64,000 nt of DNA from Saccostrea cucullata (taxonomy: Eukaryota): NCBI RefSeq assembly GCF_032062105.1, contig NW_026938238.1:186001-250000 (forward strand), in the 5' to 3' direction. A program made the position numbers and the translations under genes. Each line of letters begins with the position of its first letter. The stretch's first letter is position 1. Of the stretch, positions 37,801-51,000 are shown in pieces. Under the pieces are notes generated by a model. It was not told the origin of the DNA and ran no database searches. It was given only the letters and a program-made list of their open reading frames with translations.

Positions 37801-40800
37801 TTGATCAAAATTGATGATGTCAAATGTTAATTGAAACATTTGACATTTTATAGAAAATTGTTGAAATTGATTTCATTACTTTCCTTGCATGGATTGGTGT
37901 AGATATATTTAGAAGGCACTGACATGCTTACACTTGCATCACACAGATCTGTCTAACATCAAAGTTTAATATGATGTTAAATTTGGAAAATTGTTTTAAT
38001 TATTCCTTGTATCCCTCTATGTGTTTACTTAATCATAAGCTTCAAAGCATATCCTTTTCTGAGGGATGTAGAATAGATTACTGTAAATAAGGAACAAGAG
38101 GAAAGTGCTAATTTGGATAAGAATATTTGTTTACCTTATGAGCAAGTTATGGATGCTTTTTAATTTTAATGAGTTAAGTCAGTGCATTATTTTCTTAAAT
38201 CAATAGTTTAGTCCAACATTGTCTTGTTTGTTAGTAATATATAGATGCTATATTATCTAATCAGAACTGTATGTGTTATAGTCGTGTGTAGAAGAAATGT
38301 TGATTTACAAGTGAGACAAATTCATGTTGTTTGATGAATACACAAACTGTATAAACCAGTAACCTAGATTTATATACACTGGTGATTACATTGTCTGTAG
38401 ACCTGAATGTTGTAGGAACCATTATGATGAGTGGCTGTGGGATTCTGACCAATGGAAAGGGAACACGGAGGGAATACGGCATCTATAATCTGGACGAGTT
38501 AACAGTGAGTCCACACATTCATGTTACAGTTAGGGTGGAATTTATATTTGGAGTTCACCTGGGATACAATGGGCTCATTCCTCAGGCTACCTTTATTACT
38601 ATCTACCTGTGTTTAATGATTTACATAAGATATTTTTATGGAGATGATTTAATGATAATCTGTATATTGTTCCTAAATCATATGTGCCACAATATAAGTT
38701 ATTAATAAAATTCTAAATCCTTTTTTCTAAACAATATTTTATGTAATGATGTATAAATTGACAGGAGGGAGACAGAATTGGACTGATCAGGAAATCTAAC
38801 GGACATCTACATTACTATATAAATGGAGAGGATCAGGGCGTGGCCTCTAACGAGACTCCGCCCACAATTTGGGGTGTGGTTGACCTCTATGGTATGGCTG
38901 TCAAGGTCAGCATCCTTGATCAGAATGACCCTAACTACCCTAACAACATTACCTCCCCTGTCCAGAGGGTGCGGAATGTGTTCAGACAATTCCCAGACAT
39001 GTACGATGAAATTTCATCCGAAGGTAACACGTTCTTAAAAGTGACAAAGAATACAATGAATTACAGTAAGAGAAAAGAGTTCTAAATGAGATTATGTGAA
39101 CAACTTTTCAGAAGCAGAACCTGTGGAGAGACTGTTGTTTCATACAAGATGTGGGTCACATGCTGCAGTCATCAATAACCAAAGAACAGCACACAGACCA
39201 AAGTTTGTTGAAAACAGACACTTTCTTACTAAATTCTGTATAATTCTCCATGAACATGCTGTATGATTTAGTAACTTTTTGATTTATTACATTGACAGCG
39301 CCCTAGATGACTTTAACAATGGTGTTGTTTTGACCAGTCGTCCACTCAGGCAAGAAGAATTATTTGAAGTTCACATTGACAAAATGGTGGACAAGTGGGC
39401 GGGATCAATAGAGATTGGGGTCACGCTTCACTCACCGAATGACCTTGACTTTCCCTCAACCATGACCAACATAAGGTCAGGGACCTGGATGATGACGGGT
39501 ACAGGGGTAATGCACAACGGGACAACGGTCATTGATATGTACGGTCAGAATCTGGACAGACTGAAGGTCAGTCAGGAGGAAATGTACTTCATTGAATTTT
39601 AGTATTATTAGATATCTTCTAATGAAGATATATATTTTTGGGAAAGGAAAAAGATAATAAAAATCATCTAATGACAATAAACTTTAAATTAATGGTCAAG
39701 TTTAGTATATAATATGCTCGAGCAGACATTCGAAAGTAAATTGCCATTCGTTCTCTTTAATAAGGCTGAGAAGTTAAATTGATTGAAAGGAAATACATGT
39801 ACAACCCTGCTTCCTTTTGTTTGTGAATATGTAGTTGACGTATAAATATAATATATAATTGTTTACTTAATTATCCTCTTCTACAGGCAGGAGACAGAGT
39901 TGGGGTCAAGAGGAGGGGGGATGGTAGTCTTCACTTCTATGTAAATGGAATTGATCAGGGTCAGGGGGCCACTGGGGTCCCTCCTAATGTGTACGGGGTA
40001 ATTGATCTCTATGGACAGGCTGCACAGACCACTATAGTGGACCACTCAGGTAAATCTAGAGGATGTAGTATTGTTTATTCATAATAATTAGCATCTTTGC
40101 AGTTGCGGCATGTTTTCTAATTAGGGACAGTATATTCAAATAATCAGTTGATTCATATGCAGTGATCATGTCAAAAGTCAACACCTCTGATTCATGGGAT
40201 TGGATAATAGTGATGTAATCCGTAACTTGATTTCGTCTGTCTTCCAAACACAGATCCCCTGTCTCCTGATGCTGATTCCTGCAGTGCCAGCGACTCAGAG
40301 GAACTCAGATTTCATCATATTCACGGACAGAATTCTACCATAACAAACAATGGTCGTACCTGTTTGCGGCCCAATGCCACGGGGGAGTTTAATGACGCCA
40401 TCATCATGAGCAGTCGCCCCTTGAAGGATAATGAATTGTTTGAAGTCATTATAGAGAAGATGGTGGACCGATGGTCAGGGTCGTTAGAGGCGGGTGTGAC
40501 ATTGATAAAGCCAGAGGAACTGGAGTTCCCAAACACAATGACAGATATCGTGTATGACACATGGATGCTCAGGTATTTAGCTCATCTGTCTGCTTGGTTC
40601 ATATGTAATTAAAAAAAAGTCTCTTTAAAAAATTTTTAATACTGTAAATTATACAATGATCAAAAATTGAAAATGACTTTAAAAATTGCAATAATGTAAT
40701 GTTATTACCAGAGTATTTAAAGAAAGATATTATTTGATAGTACAGTTTAATGAGACTTTCAATCTTTCAAAATGAGTGCATTATTAGGATAATTTTGTTC

Positions 40801-43800
40801 ATTTTCTATGATATTCTTTATTTTAGTGGAGCAGCCATAATGCAGGATGGCTCTACGATCAGGAACGGTTATCCTCTGGACCTGGACGCCGTGACTGTGG
40901 GGTGTAGAATCGGGATCATGCGGTGCTCTGACGGCACTCTACACTACTTCCTGAACGGATCCGATCAGGGCCCCGCCTGTATAGATGTCCCACATGGTAA
41001 GTCAAATCACTTGGTCACGTAGTTTTACAGGGGAAATCTAGTTTGTCGGTAAGACTATTTTTCTTTATGCTTTTTAGTACTTTATAGTTTTGTTTCCACT
41101 TGCAATACATAATTACCTGTATTTGTTTTTAGGTGTGTATGCTGTAATAGACCTATATGGACAGTGTGCTCAGGTTTCGATCACCAGTGGATCAGGAGTG
41201 TATCCATCTGCAGACAATAATCTCTTACATTCAGATCAGGCCATTATGTCTCCCTCATCGTCAGGTAACAAAAGTACATGTCATCTCCTAGATCAAGCAC
41301 TGATCAATGTCCCTTGTTTTACAGTTCATTTGTCAAACTTTATATTTAGTGGTAAAAATTTTCTGATGTATTCTCTTTTCTGATTGTTTCAGAGGTGTCT
41401 CATCGATTCAGTTTGTGTTGTGGTAAGAACATTACAATAAAGAACAATAGTTGTACAACAGCTCGGTCTACAGGCTACAATAATGCCATTGTGTTTAGTT
41501 CTGATCCTCTGAAGAGGGATGAGATGTTTGAGGTAAAACCTTAGTTTAACTGAGTTTTTGTAAAGTTTATTAGACGACAGATCATTTATATCTTGTACAA
41601 ATAATTGTATTGTAATAATTAAATTTGCTCTTGACTCAGAATTTTCTTTTAGGGGGAATTTCCAAGATGTGAAAATTTTTATTAATACATGTACATGTAG
41701 AGACATTGTACATTTTTTGCTAGGTATTTTGCTACAAATGTACACTACATTCTTTTAAATAAGTTTACCTATATTGTTTACAGGTGAGAATTGACCAGGT
41801 ATGTCGAGTGTGGTCAGGGTCACTACACATTGGACTGACCACTCTGGCCATATCAGACACCACCTCATCCTCCGTCATCCCAGCATCTGCCCTTGAAATG
41901 ACCTCCAAACTGACCTGGCTAATAACCGGGTCAGAGGTCAGGAAAAACGGATTTGTTATCAAGGAGAATTACGCACCAGCTCTAGAGAGACTTGAGGTAA
42001 AATTCCCATTGGTTTAAGGGAGGTCACTGCATTTAATTATTGAAAATTGTGAACAGATTGTGTAGAATATAAACTATAAAGCCATCTTTAGTATTCCATG
42101 GAATATTAGGTCTTCTGTACATAAAATATTACGCACTGTATAAAATTTCATGTATGAAATTAAAATCTAATATTTGATTTGGTGTATTTTATTATGTTAG
42201 GATTTGGCTATCTGTAGCTTATTTTCCTGCTTGTTACAGGTTGGGAATCTGGTGGGCATTCGTCGAGTCTCGGACGGTACACTTCATCTGTACATTAACG
42301 GGGAGGATATGGGGGTGGCGGCCTCCAACATCCCTAAGAACGTGTTCGTGGTGATTGACCTTTATGGTCCAGTGGAGATGATCTCGATCACAAGTAGTTG
42401 TTCCTGGGACGCCTCTTTGATGGCTAGTCAGCAGTCTCAGTCGGTCATGTCAGAGTTAGCCGAGGCCGCAGACCTAGATACAGAGGAGGAATACCCCAAT
42501 ACGCTAGGATTCCATGTCAACCACGGTAAAAATATCATGTTGAGTAATGGTGGACTGACAGCAGAGAGAACGGAAAGTTACAACCAGGGACTGATTGTCA
42601 CAAGTCAACCACTACACAAAAACCAAATGTTCCAGGTATTGCCATACATTCACCATTGAGATATATGTCAAGTACTAATACTTTTTGATACCATAACTGA
42701 CTAGCAATATCATTCTATAAGTAAAGCATTTTGAGCCTTTGAAATGCAAAATTCAGATTCGTGGGATACTGAAATCTCCCTTCTTGCATGTTGTGTACCT
42801 TGCTGATAATAATGACTGGTAAATTTACATTGAGACTTGTTTGACTTTACACAGGTGCGGGTTGATCACCTGACCCCCCGCTGGAGCTTCTCGCTGATGA
42901 TTGGGGTGCTGGGATTCCCTCCAGATAAGTACACCTTCCCGGTTTCCTCCATGTCCATAAAGAAGTCGTGTATCATGATCCAGGGTAGCGCGGTGTACAA
43001 CTCGGGGTGCAAGGCAAGTTCTGTTTTGTAGAGAGAGAGATTCAGAAAGCTTTCTCTTATAGGACTGTAAGTCTGACAGAAGATAAAAAGAAAAAAAACT
43101 TCAAATTTATGATGGCTCATTAGAAAATATAAATTTTAAGATTGGCTCCATTATAAATTCATTTTGCTAATTAGTCATCTTGAATTTGAAGTTTTTTCTT
43201 TCTATCTTCTGTCAGACTGTTCAGTTTATTTGATAAAAATCTGGTTATGATGAAAATTTTTCAGAACAAGGTTAATTTTAGGCAAAAATAAAGATGATGT
43301 TTTCTGTTTGATAATTTTTTTTTATATTTATAGAAGTCGTCTCATTTTGGATGTTGTAGGTAAAAGAGAATTATGGTCCAAATCTAGATGAGCTACAAGT
43401 AGGTCATGTGATTGGGATAATTGTTGATGAAGAGTCCAATCTTCACCTGTTTTTCAATGGCGTGGATCAGGGTGTAGCTGCCAGGGACGTACCGGGCTCC
43501 TGTTATGGAGTGGTGGATCTTTATGGGAAATGCGACAAGGTAAAATAGCAAGAAGGGCAGAACAGCTAGTTTAAAAAAAAATCCATTAAGAACAAGTTTA
43601 CTCATTGATTCAGTAGCTCACTACTGTAGATTACTTAATTTTCGCGACGCCTTATTTTCGCGAGATAGTCATTGACTGTAGATTAGCGAGAAAAAAATTT
43701 CACGAATTGTGGTTATTGCTCTATATAATCTTAAGGAATTCTATTATACGCGAGAATGAAATTTTCGCGAGTATACCATCTCGCATGATTACGCGAAAAT

Positions 43801-46137
43801 AAAGTTCTCGTGAATAAAAAGTGATTTACAGTATTTTGGACACAAAACTTTTGAAGATTTTCCCACAATGTCAGTTAAATCTTTTTCATATTTGCACTTA
43901 CAAGATTTAAAGAAAATATATTTATACACATGCAGGTATATATTACATGGGAATTCTTCTCATAACTTTATGCTGGTGTTTCAGGTGACAGTAGTTCCAA
44001 ATGTGGACAGCAGTGAATCTCCTGAACCAAAACATAAAGATAAGGAGAAAGCAGAGAAGGAAGACATTGAAGAAGGTGGGGGATTTCTTGGGAAGAACGA
44101 GAACTGGATAAAGTGATCCAGTTTAATTATTAATGGTTTAAGAGATATTCAGTACAAATCATTACAAGTGCAGGACTTTTACATGGAAAAAAAGGTAGAT
44201 CAAAATTTAAATGAAGGACTTAATTTCTTGCATGGGAAGTGGCATCATTTATGATGGATTACTAGATGTGTTAAGAAAAAAAAAACACATCATTTTTCAC
44301 TGTATATGTTTACAAACCAAGAATAATAGGAAATGAAATGTTACATATGCCTCTAACACTATAAAAACCATGTTTCACTTCCTTAGAAAAGTAAGACTTC
44401 TTCATTCTCTTTTAATCAGTGATGAAAGAAAAGAACAGTCCAAGTGAGACCATCTTGGGTAGCGTTGTGATTCGGCCGTGTGAGTATGCCAAGACCTGCT
44501 CCAAGGTCAGGAGCCTGATGGGTATACCTGGTAAGTAACACACAGAGAATTACAGGTGTTCTGTCTTAATTAATAAACTTCAATTGTATCAGAAATACCA
44601 TTTCCTGTCTAGTATTCCAACAGTATGTTATCAGAGATAAACTGTTACAGCTTTCTATAGAGAGAATATTCATATTAGGCTCAGATAGATATTTAGACTG
44701 TAAACTACCTTTACACTCCAATTTCAGAAGGATTTTTCCAGGAACAGCAGATGACATGTTACTGCGAGTCTTGCCATAAACTGAGGTCGGAGGATCTGTA
44801 CCTCAGGAGGGGGGAGCCACCGAGGGAGTACGCGGTGCCCCTGGGGTGGTGCCGATATATTCTCAAGTGAGTAGCACTATATCATCAAACTTAACCAAAA
44901 TATTGAGTTTACTAGATACACATGTTGTGTGAAAGTATCATTATACATTAAGTTCATGTACATCATTGAATAAAAATGTCATATGGTAAATGTTATTCTA
45001 AATTGTAGACAACGCCAGAAAGCCCCGTCTTTTGTGGCGTCTGACAAGTGGCATGTGGCGTATTATGGTACACAACTGGAGGTTCTCAGAAAAATCCTGG
45101 ATACCGGAGATATTCACACCTGTAGTGAGTTCTACAGTTATAAAGCCTAAAAGCATTTACAATTGTTATCTACATACATGTAGTTAGCAAAGGAAAAAAA
45201 TGAATGGAAAGTGGTTTATTCATTTAAAACAAAGTCAACTGCACAACCAGTCTGTTAATTTGTCTGGCTTGAACCAATCATTGCAAACAATCCTGGTGAA
45301 AAATTATGTAAATTAATATCTGTATGAATATAAAAAAAATAACGATGAATAGTTTGACTAAAAGCGAATAATTTATTGCATTTCAGTAATACTGTCTTTT
45401 AAATAAATCTGTGTTGTTATATTTTTTAAAAATATTTTTAATCAAGTTATTGTTTATCAAAATCTGATATGTTTTACCAGCTGTATATGAATTACCTGAT
45501 GTAACCCTTTTGATGTTAGAGAGATTTTGTTTTTGTAGATGATCAGATGGGAGGAGGTAGTACTCTCCTACCTCAGTCTGTACCATTCACGGAGAAATCC
45601 CGTCCTGACAGTTCTAGTCTCAGACAAATTCTAATGTCTCCCACCATACGATACATAGGATGTAACGAGTTCTCACCCAAGTTCAAGTAAGTCTCCGATA
45701 AATTTACATGTCTCCCACCAGGTCATTTGTGGGCTTAGTACTTCTAGTTTCTATATAAATCCTGGGATATACTCATGAAATTATATCAAAATAAAGTACA
45801 CGAGTAATTCCAATATGATTTTAATCATATTCATGTGTCATAGAACCACAAATAAATACAGAATAAATACTGTTTTACAGTAAATTTAGGTAGGTCCATT
45901 ATCTACATGAATTATATATTTTTCAGGTTATTAGAACCGAGAACCAAGAGGACATTCCATGTTCGTGTAGCGTTTCAGGTTTGGTTAAAGCCTGGCTCAT
46001 ACAAAGTAGGACCTCAGAGTCTTGGTCTCAATGAACAAATAGATCCACAATTCTCAAACAATGAGTTAGAGTGGGCCACGAAGGAGAGAGGATCAGTACT
46101 GTTACACGGACTGCTCATCAAAATAGAAAACTTATAG
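34853..46137 (+). CDS. NEURL4: Neuralized-like protein 4 (six NHR domains + C-terminal ADP-ribosyltransferase-like domain), ~1440 aa, 24 exons
   Basis: Exons 34853-35023, 35281-35464, 36804-36983, 37277-37557, 37672-37783, 38416-38504, 38765-39023, 39112-39202, 39299-39566, 39887-40049, 40254-40572, 40827-40996, 41133-41264, 41393-41532, 41784-41996, 42240-42635, 42855-43013, 43360-43539, 43985-44075, 44420-44530, 44728-44866, 45009-45124, 45539-45686, 45927-46137 (4323 nt, frame open). Six NHR repeats (FH..G...FNNGVV...WSGSIEIG...GVDQG...VYAVIDLYG). C-terminus [10 protein letters not shown]...YAVPLGW...[12 protein letters not shown]...[10 protein letters not shown] is diagnostic. Confidence 0.96.
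35539..36074. mobile_element. PIF/Harbinger-like MITE in NEURL4 intron 2
   Basis: TIR TGCCCTGTTCACACG / CGTGTGAACAGGGCA, flanks tta/cta, many internal TAATGCGAA/TTCGCATTA sub-repeats. Confidence 0.8.
36387..36634. repeat. Long imperfect inverted repeat (MITE relic)
   Basis: taaacttaaagatataaaacagatcacc...gagctgtgaatttat is mirrored by ataaattcacagctgc...ggtgatctgtttcatgtctttaagttta; inner hairpin ~36495-36595. Confidence 0.6.
43624..43831. mobile_element. TA-flanked MITE (CTGTA...TACAG)
   Basis: ta|ctgtagattacttaattttcgcg ... gtgaataaaaagtgatttacag|ta. Confidence 0.7.
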
Positions 46138-48015
46138 ACACGACTCCACGTGTAGAAACTGGGAATCATTTCATGTTGATCATTTTACATGATGGAGTTT
46201 GATTAGTCAATAGAAATCATCTAGTACAGTTTCCTGTTTTTGCTACAGGTTTATCACAGTTGTATACATTATAAAAGACTAATACAGAGTATCAAAATCT
46301 TTGTTTTAATTTCAAAGAAGGGAATAAGTGTGGACTGTTAATCAAATTATTTTTGTTCCAAATTCAAAGATTTTTCTTCTAACTGTGCTGATTAGACACT
46401 ACATGTTTAAGAACATACAAATATTTTTTTTTACAAGGACAATTTTTTAGAGAATTCAGAATTATTTCAATCAATTTGTCCATGGCTCAGTTTTTGATGT
46501 AAAAACATTGTATTTGTTTAAATAAATATTCCTAAAGCAGAAGGGTAATCTATGATGTAAATAGCTGTGCAGTTCACCCCAATTGACCTGTAAATCCATG
46601 GAAAACTTTACAATCCATGAAAATGTGCTTCAGATTTACATTTTTTTCAGTATGAGCTAAAATTTTAGAATCTACAGACTTTAATCCTAATGTTTGCACT
46701 GTTTTGTTATATTTTTGTTGTTTTGCTTTTATTTATAATACAGATTTTTCAATAACATTAAGTATTTATTGTTAATCTCTTTGATTCACAAAGAGTACGG
46801 AGTGCTAGACTGTGTGTTTGAATTGTTGTAATGATATGAATGAATTTATGAGAATAAGATATTGTGAGGTGTTGTTTATTGGTGTATCCTGGAGTTCTGT
46901 GTGAATTAATTGTAACACTTCAAAACTCTTACAGTTACAATTTTGTTCTCAAATATTTTCCTTTATTTTTCCCTATCTTCAGTGTGATAACTTTGTCTAA
47001 CTTAAAAGTACAACGCATGTATACATGTAATACTGTTGGATGATAAAAAAAAAAAAAAGCAAAATTTTTAATATGAACTAACAACAATTTTTTATACTGT
47101 GCGACTGTCAAACGAATTTCACACATACTGTGCGACTGTCAAATGACTTTCACACATGATTCATAGAAATACAGTTCTCCATTACTTAGACGTATGTTAG
47201 AAGTGGTACTTGTTTTACATCTTACATTAACTGTTTGAATGGATAAAATTCATGATATTGATGAGTATATGTTCATTTCCCTTTTCAGAAAACTTACATT
47301 CACTTGTACTTTAATTGTCATCGGCATTGATCTCAAACTGAAATCATTTTTTGTGTGTATATGTCTATACGTGCATGTTTACTCCACAATGAATAAAATT
47401 GAAGAAAAACTGCAGTCTTCCTATTGTTTTTTTCTATCAATATCATGAAAAAAATGTTCAAATGAAATTGCTTTCATATAAATAAAAGGTCTAACAAACT
47501 TCACCTTCCATTAAACCAATGCTGCAATGCTGTATAATTCATATTTTCTACATGATGTAAAGAAAAAAATCATTAGGAAATATAACAAAATTTAAAGCTG
47601 ATTGTATTACTTTTTAAATACTCAACAGGGATAAAAGTGATTTCAGGATTATATGTCACTTTTAGCATTGATTTATACATGTAAATGTAAGAAAGTTAAA
47701 TGGAACTCGTTATAATTCCCGTCCTACAATTTATTTATTTATTAAGTACAATCAAATTTGATAAATTTTGACATTCACTCTTATTTTGAATATTTGGAGG
47801 AAAATGAAAAAGAAACCTATGAAATACGATTAAAGCAGAAGAAAATGACTCGTGATATTGTCCCTGGTTAAAGCGTTGAAGTGACCTCAGATAAAGTGAA
47901 ACTGAAAGTAAATCAACATGAACATGCGATTGTGCAAGATTTTCATCTATGGTACTCCAATAATTGCTTTTAGTAATATTTAATCCCCATTCGACTTTGA
48001 TTTTGAATACTTGAC

Positions 48016-51000
48016 ATGTCTTCGAAAGTACAGGAATTATTTGGAGGAGCCCTCAGTGTTCAACTTCCAGACAACGCTAAGGACATAAGGTAGCCTTAGG
48101 AAAGGAGTAGTGTTATGTGACTAATTTTTGTCAATACAATTTAGATTGGAAGAATCTATGGCACTCTTTGCAAATGCCTGTACTTGCACAGTAATTTTTA
48201 TTGGACATAAGTCTAATGAGTAATGTATATAAGCAAACAAAGCATTCTTTGAATTGAGTTAATTTTTTACCCCCAGACTGCATTCTGCACAGCTCCCTGT
48301 TTTACAAGTATCTGTAGGTGTATGTCACTGAATATTTAAGGACTTTGTATCTATAAGGGGGCGGAGATGGGTGGAAGGGGCAGATGCATTATTGTCATTG
48401 CACAGAACTTTCAGGCACAGAATAATTCCTCTTCCATATGTTATGTTTTTAAATCAATTGCAGTATGGACAGAAAAAAAATATTTTGTTAGGAGTAAGTG
48501 CTTGATATTTCCACAGTTTTACACTATATATACACAGTATTCTGCTTTCTATAATATTAGATGTCTCTTGTAATCTTTATTAGTTTTAAAACAAATATTA
48601 TCTTTTGTGTTTTCGGAATTTGATGACTTGATCAGGTACTGTTGCTGACGTGAGGCCCTCAACCATTTTCTTATAAACATGCAGCTGCACTAGGCAATAA
48701 GTTGCATAGGCCCACACTGTACAATGGACACTTCTAAGAAGATACACAGATATCTTCAGTATTTTAATATTTCAAAGACATTTCAAGAAATCAGATTATG
48801 TTGCTATTCTTTATTATTTAGTGACATTCGCCAGATTCCTGATAACCAGGAAGTGTTTGCTCACCCAGTCACAGACCAGAGTATAATCATAGAGATCCTG
48901 GAGTATGTGGACAAAGATGATGAAGAAGCAATTAAGTAAGTGTCAGAAGACCTGTAATATAGTGTAAAAAGTAACCAAACAGTATAGTGTCAGTAACCAC
49001 AATAAAGTACCAGTAACCAAGAAATGAAGTTCCAGTAACTCAGCAATGAAATGTTAGTAACTCAGCAAAAAAGTAAATTTCAGTAACCCAGCAATAAAAT
49101 GTAAGTAACTTGGCAATAAAGTAAATTTCAGTAAGAAAGCATTAAAATTTCAGTATCTAAGTGATAAAGTTTCAGTAACACAGTACTTAATAAAGAGTCA
49201 GTAACTCAACAATAAAGAGTCAGTAACTCAACAATAAAGAGTCAGTAACTCAACAATAAAGTATCAGTAACCCAGCAATAAAATGTCAATAATTCAGCAA
49301 TAAAGTGTCAGTAACTCAACAATAAAGTTTCAATAACTCAACAATAAAGTGTCAATAACCCAGCAATAAAATATCAGTAACTCAACAATAAAATGTCAGT
49401 TACTCAACAATAAAGTGTTGATAACTCAACAATAAAAGTCAGTAACTCAACAATAAAGTGTCAGTAACTCAGCAATAAATTGTCAGTAACTCAACAATAA
49501 AGTGCCAGTAACTCAACAATAAAGTGTCAATAATTCAGCAATAAATTGTCAGTAACTTAACAATAAAATGTCAGTAACTCAGCAATAAAGTAAATGTCAG
49601 TAAAACAGAAAAAAGTGTTTGTAACCCAGCAATAAAGTAAATGTCAGTAACTCAGCAATAAAATACTGTCAGTAACCCAGCAATAAAATATCAGTAACTC
49701 AACAATAAAGTGTCAGTAACTAAGCAATAAAGTGTCAATAACCCAGCAATAAAGTGTCAGTAACTCAACAATAAAGTGTCAATAACCCAGCAATACAGTA
49801 ACTCAACAATAAAGTTTCAGTAACTCAGCAATAAAGTGTCAATAACTCAGTAAAGTATCAGTAACTCAACAATAAAATGTCAGTAACTCAACAATAAAGT
49901 GTCAGTAACTCACCAATAAAGTGTCAGTAACTCAACAATAAAGTGTCGGTAACTCAACAATAAAAGTCAGTAACTCAACAATAAAGTGTCAGTAACTCAC
50001 CAATAAAGTGTCAGTAACTCACCAATAAAGTGTCAGTAACTCAACAGTAAAGTGTCAGTAACTCAACAATAAAGTGTCAATAACCCAGCAATAAAATATC
50101 AGTAACCCAGCAATAAAGTGTCAGTAACTCAGCAATAAATTATCAGTAACTCAACAATAAAGTGTTGGTAACTCAACAATAAAAGTCAGTAACTCAACAA
50201 TAAAGTGTCAGTAACTCAGCAATAAATTATCAGTAACTCAACAATACAGTGTCAGTAACTCAACAATAAAGTGTCAATAACTCAGCAATAAATTGTCAGT
50301 AACTTAACAATAAAATGTCAGTAACTCAGCATTAAAGTAAATGTCAGTAACACAGCGATAAAAATGTTTGTAACCCAGCAATAAAGTAAATATCAGTAAC
50401 TCAGCAATAAAATAATGTCAGTAACCCAGCAAAAAATATCAGTAACTCATCAATAAAGTGTCAGTAACTTAACAATAAAGTAAATGTCAGTAACCAAGCA
50501 ATAAAGTGAATTTCAGTAACCCAGCAATAAAATGTCAGTAACTCAACAATAAAGTGTCAATAACTCAACAATAAAAGTCAGTAACTCAGCAATAAATTGT
50601 CAGTAACTCAACAGTTAAATGTAAGTAACTCAACAATAAAGTTTCAGTAACTCAGCAATAAAGTGTCAATAACTCAGTAAAGTGTCAGTAACTCAACAAT
50701 AAAATGTCAGTAACTCAACAATAAAGTGTCAGTAACTCACCAATAAAGTGTCAGTAACTCAACAATAAAGTGTCAGTAACTCAACAATAAAGTGTCAATA
50801 ACCCAGCAATAAAATATCAGTAACCCAGCAATAAAGTGTCAGTAACTCAGCAAAAAATTATCAGTAACTCAACAATAAAGTGTCGGTAACTCAACAATAA
50901 AAGTCAGTAACTCACCAATAAAGTGTCAGTAACTCACCAATAAAGTGTCAGTAACTCACCAATAAAGTATCAGTAACTCAACAGTAAAGTGTCAGTAACT

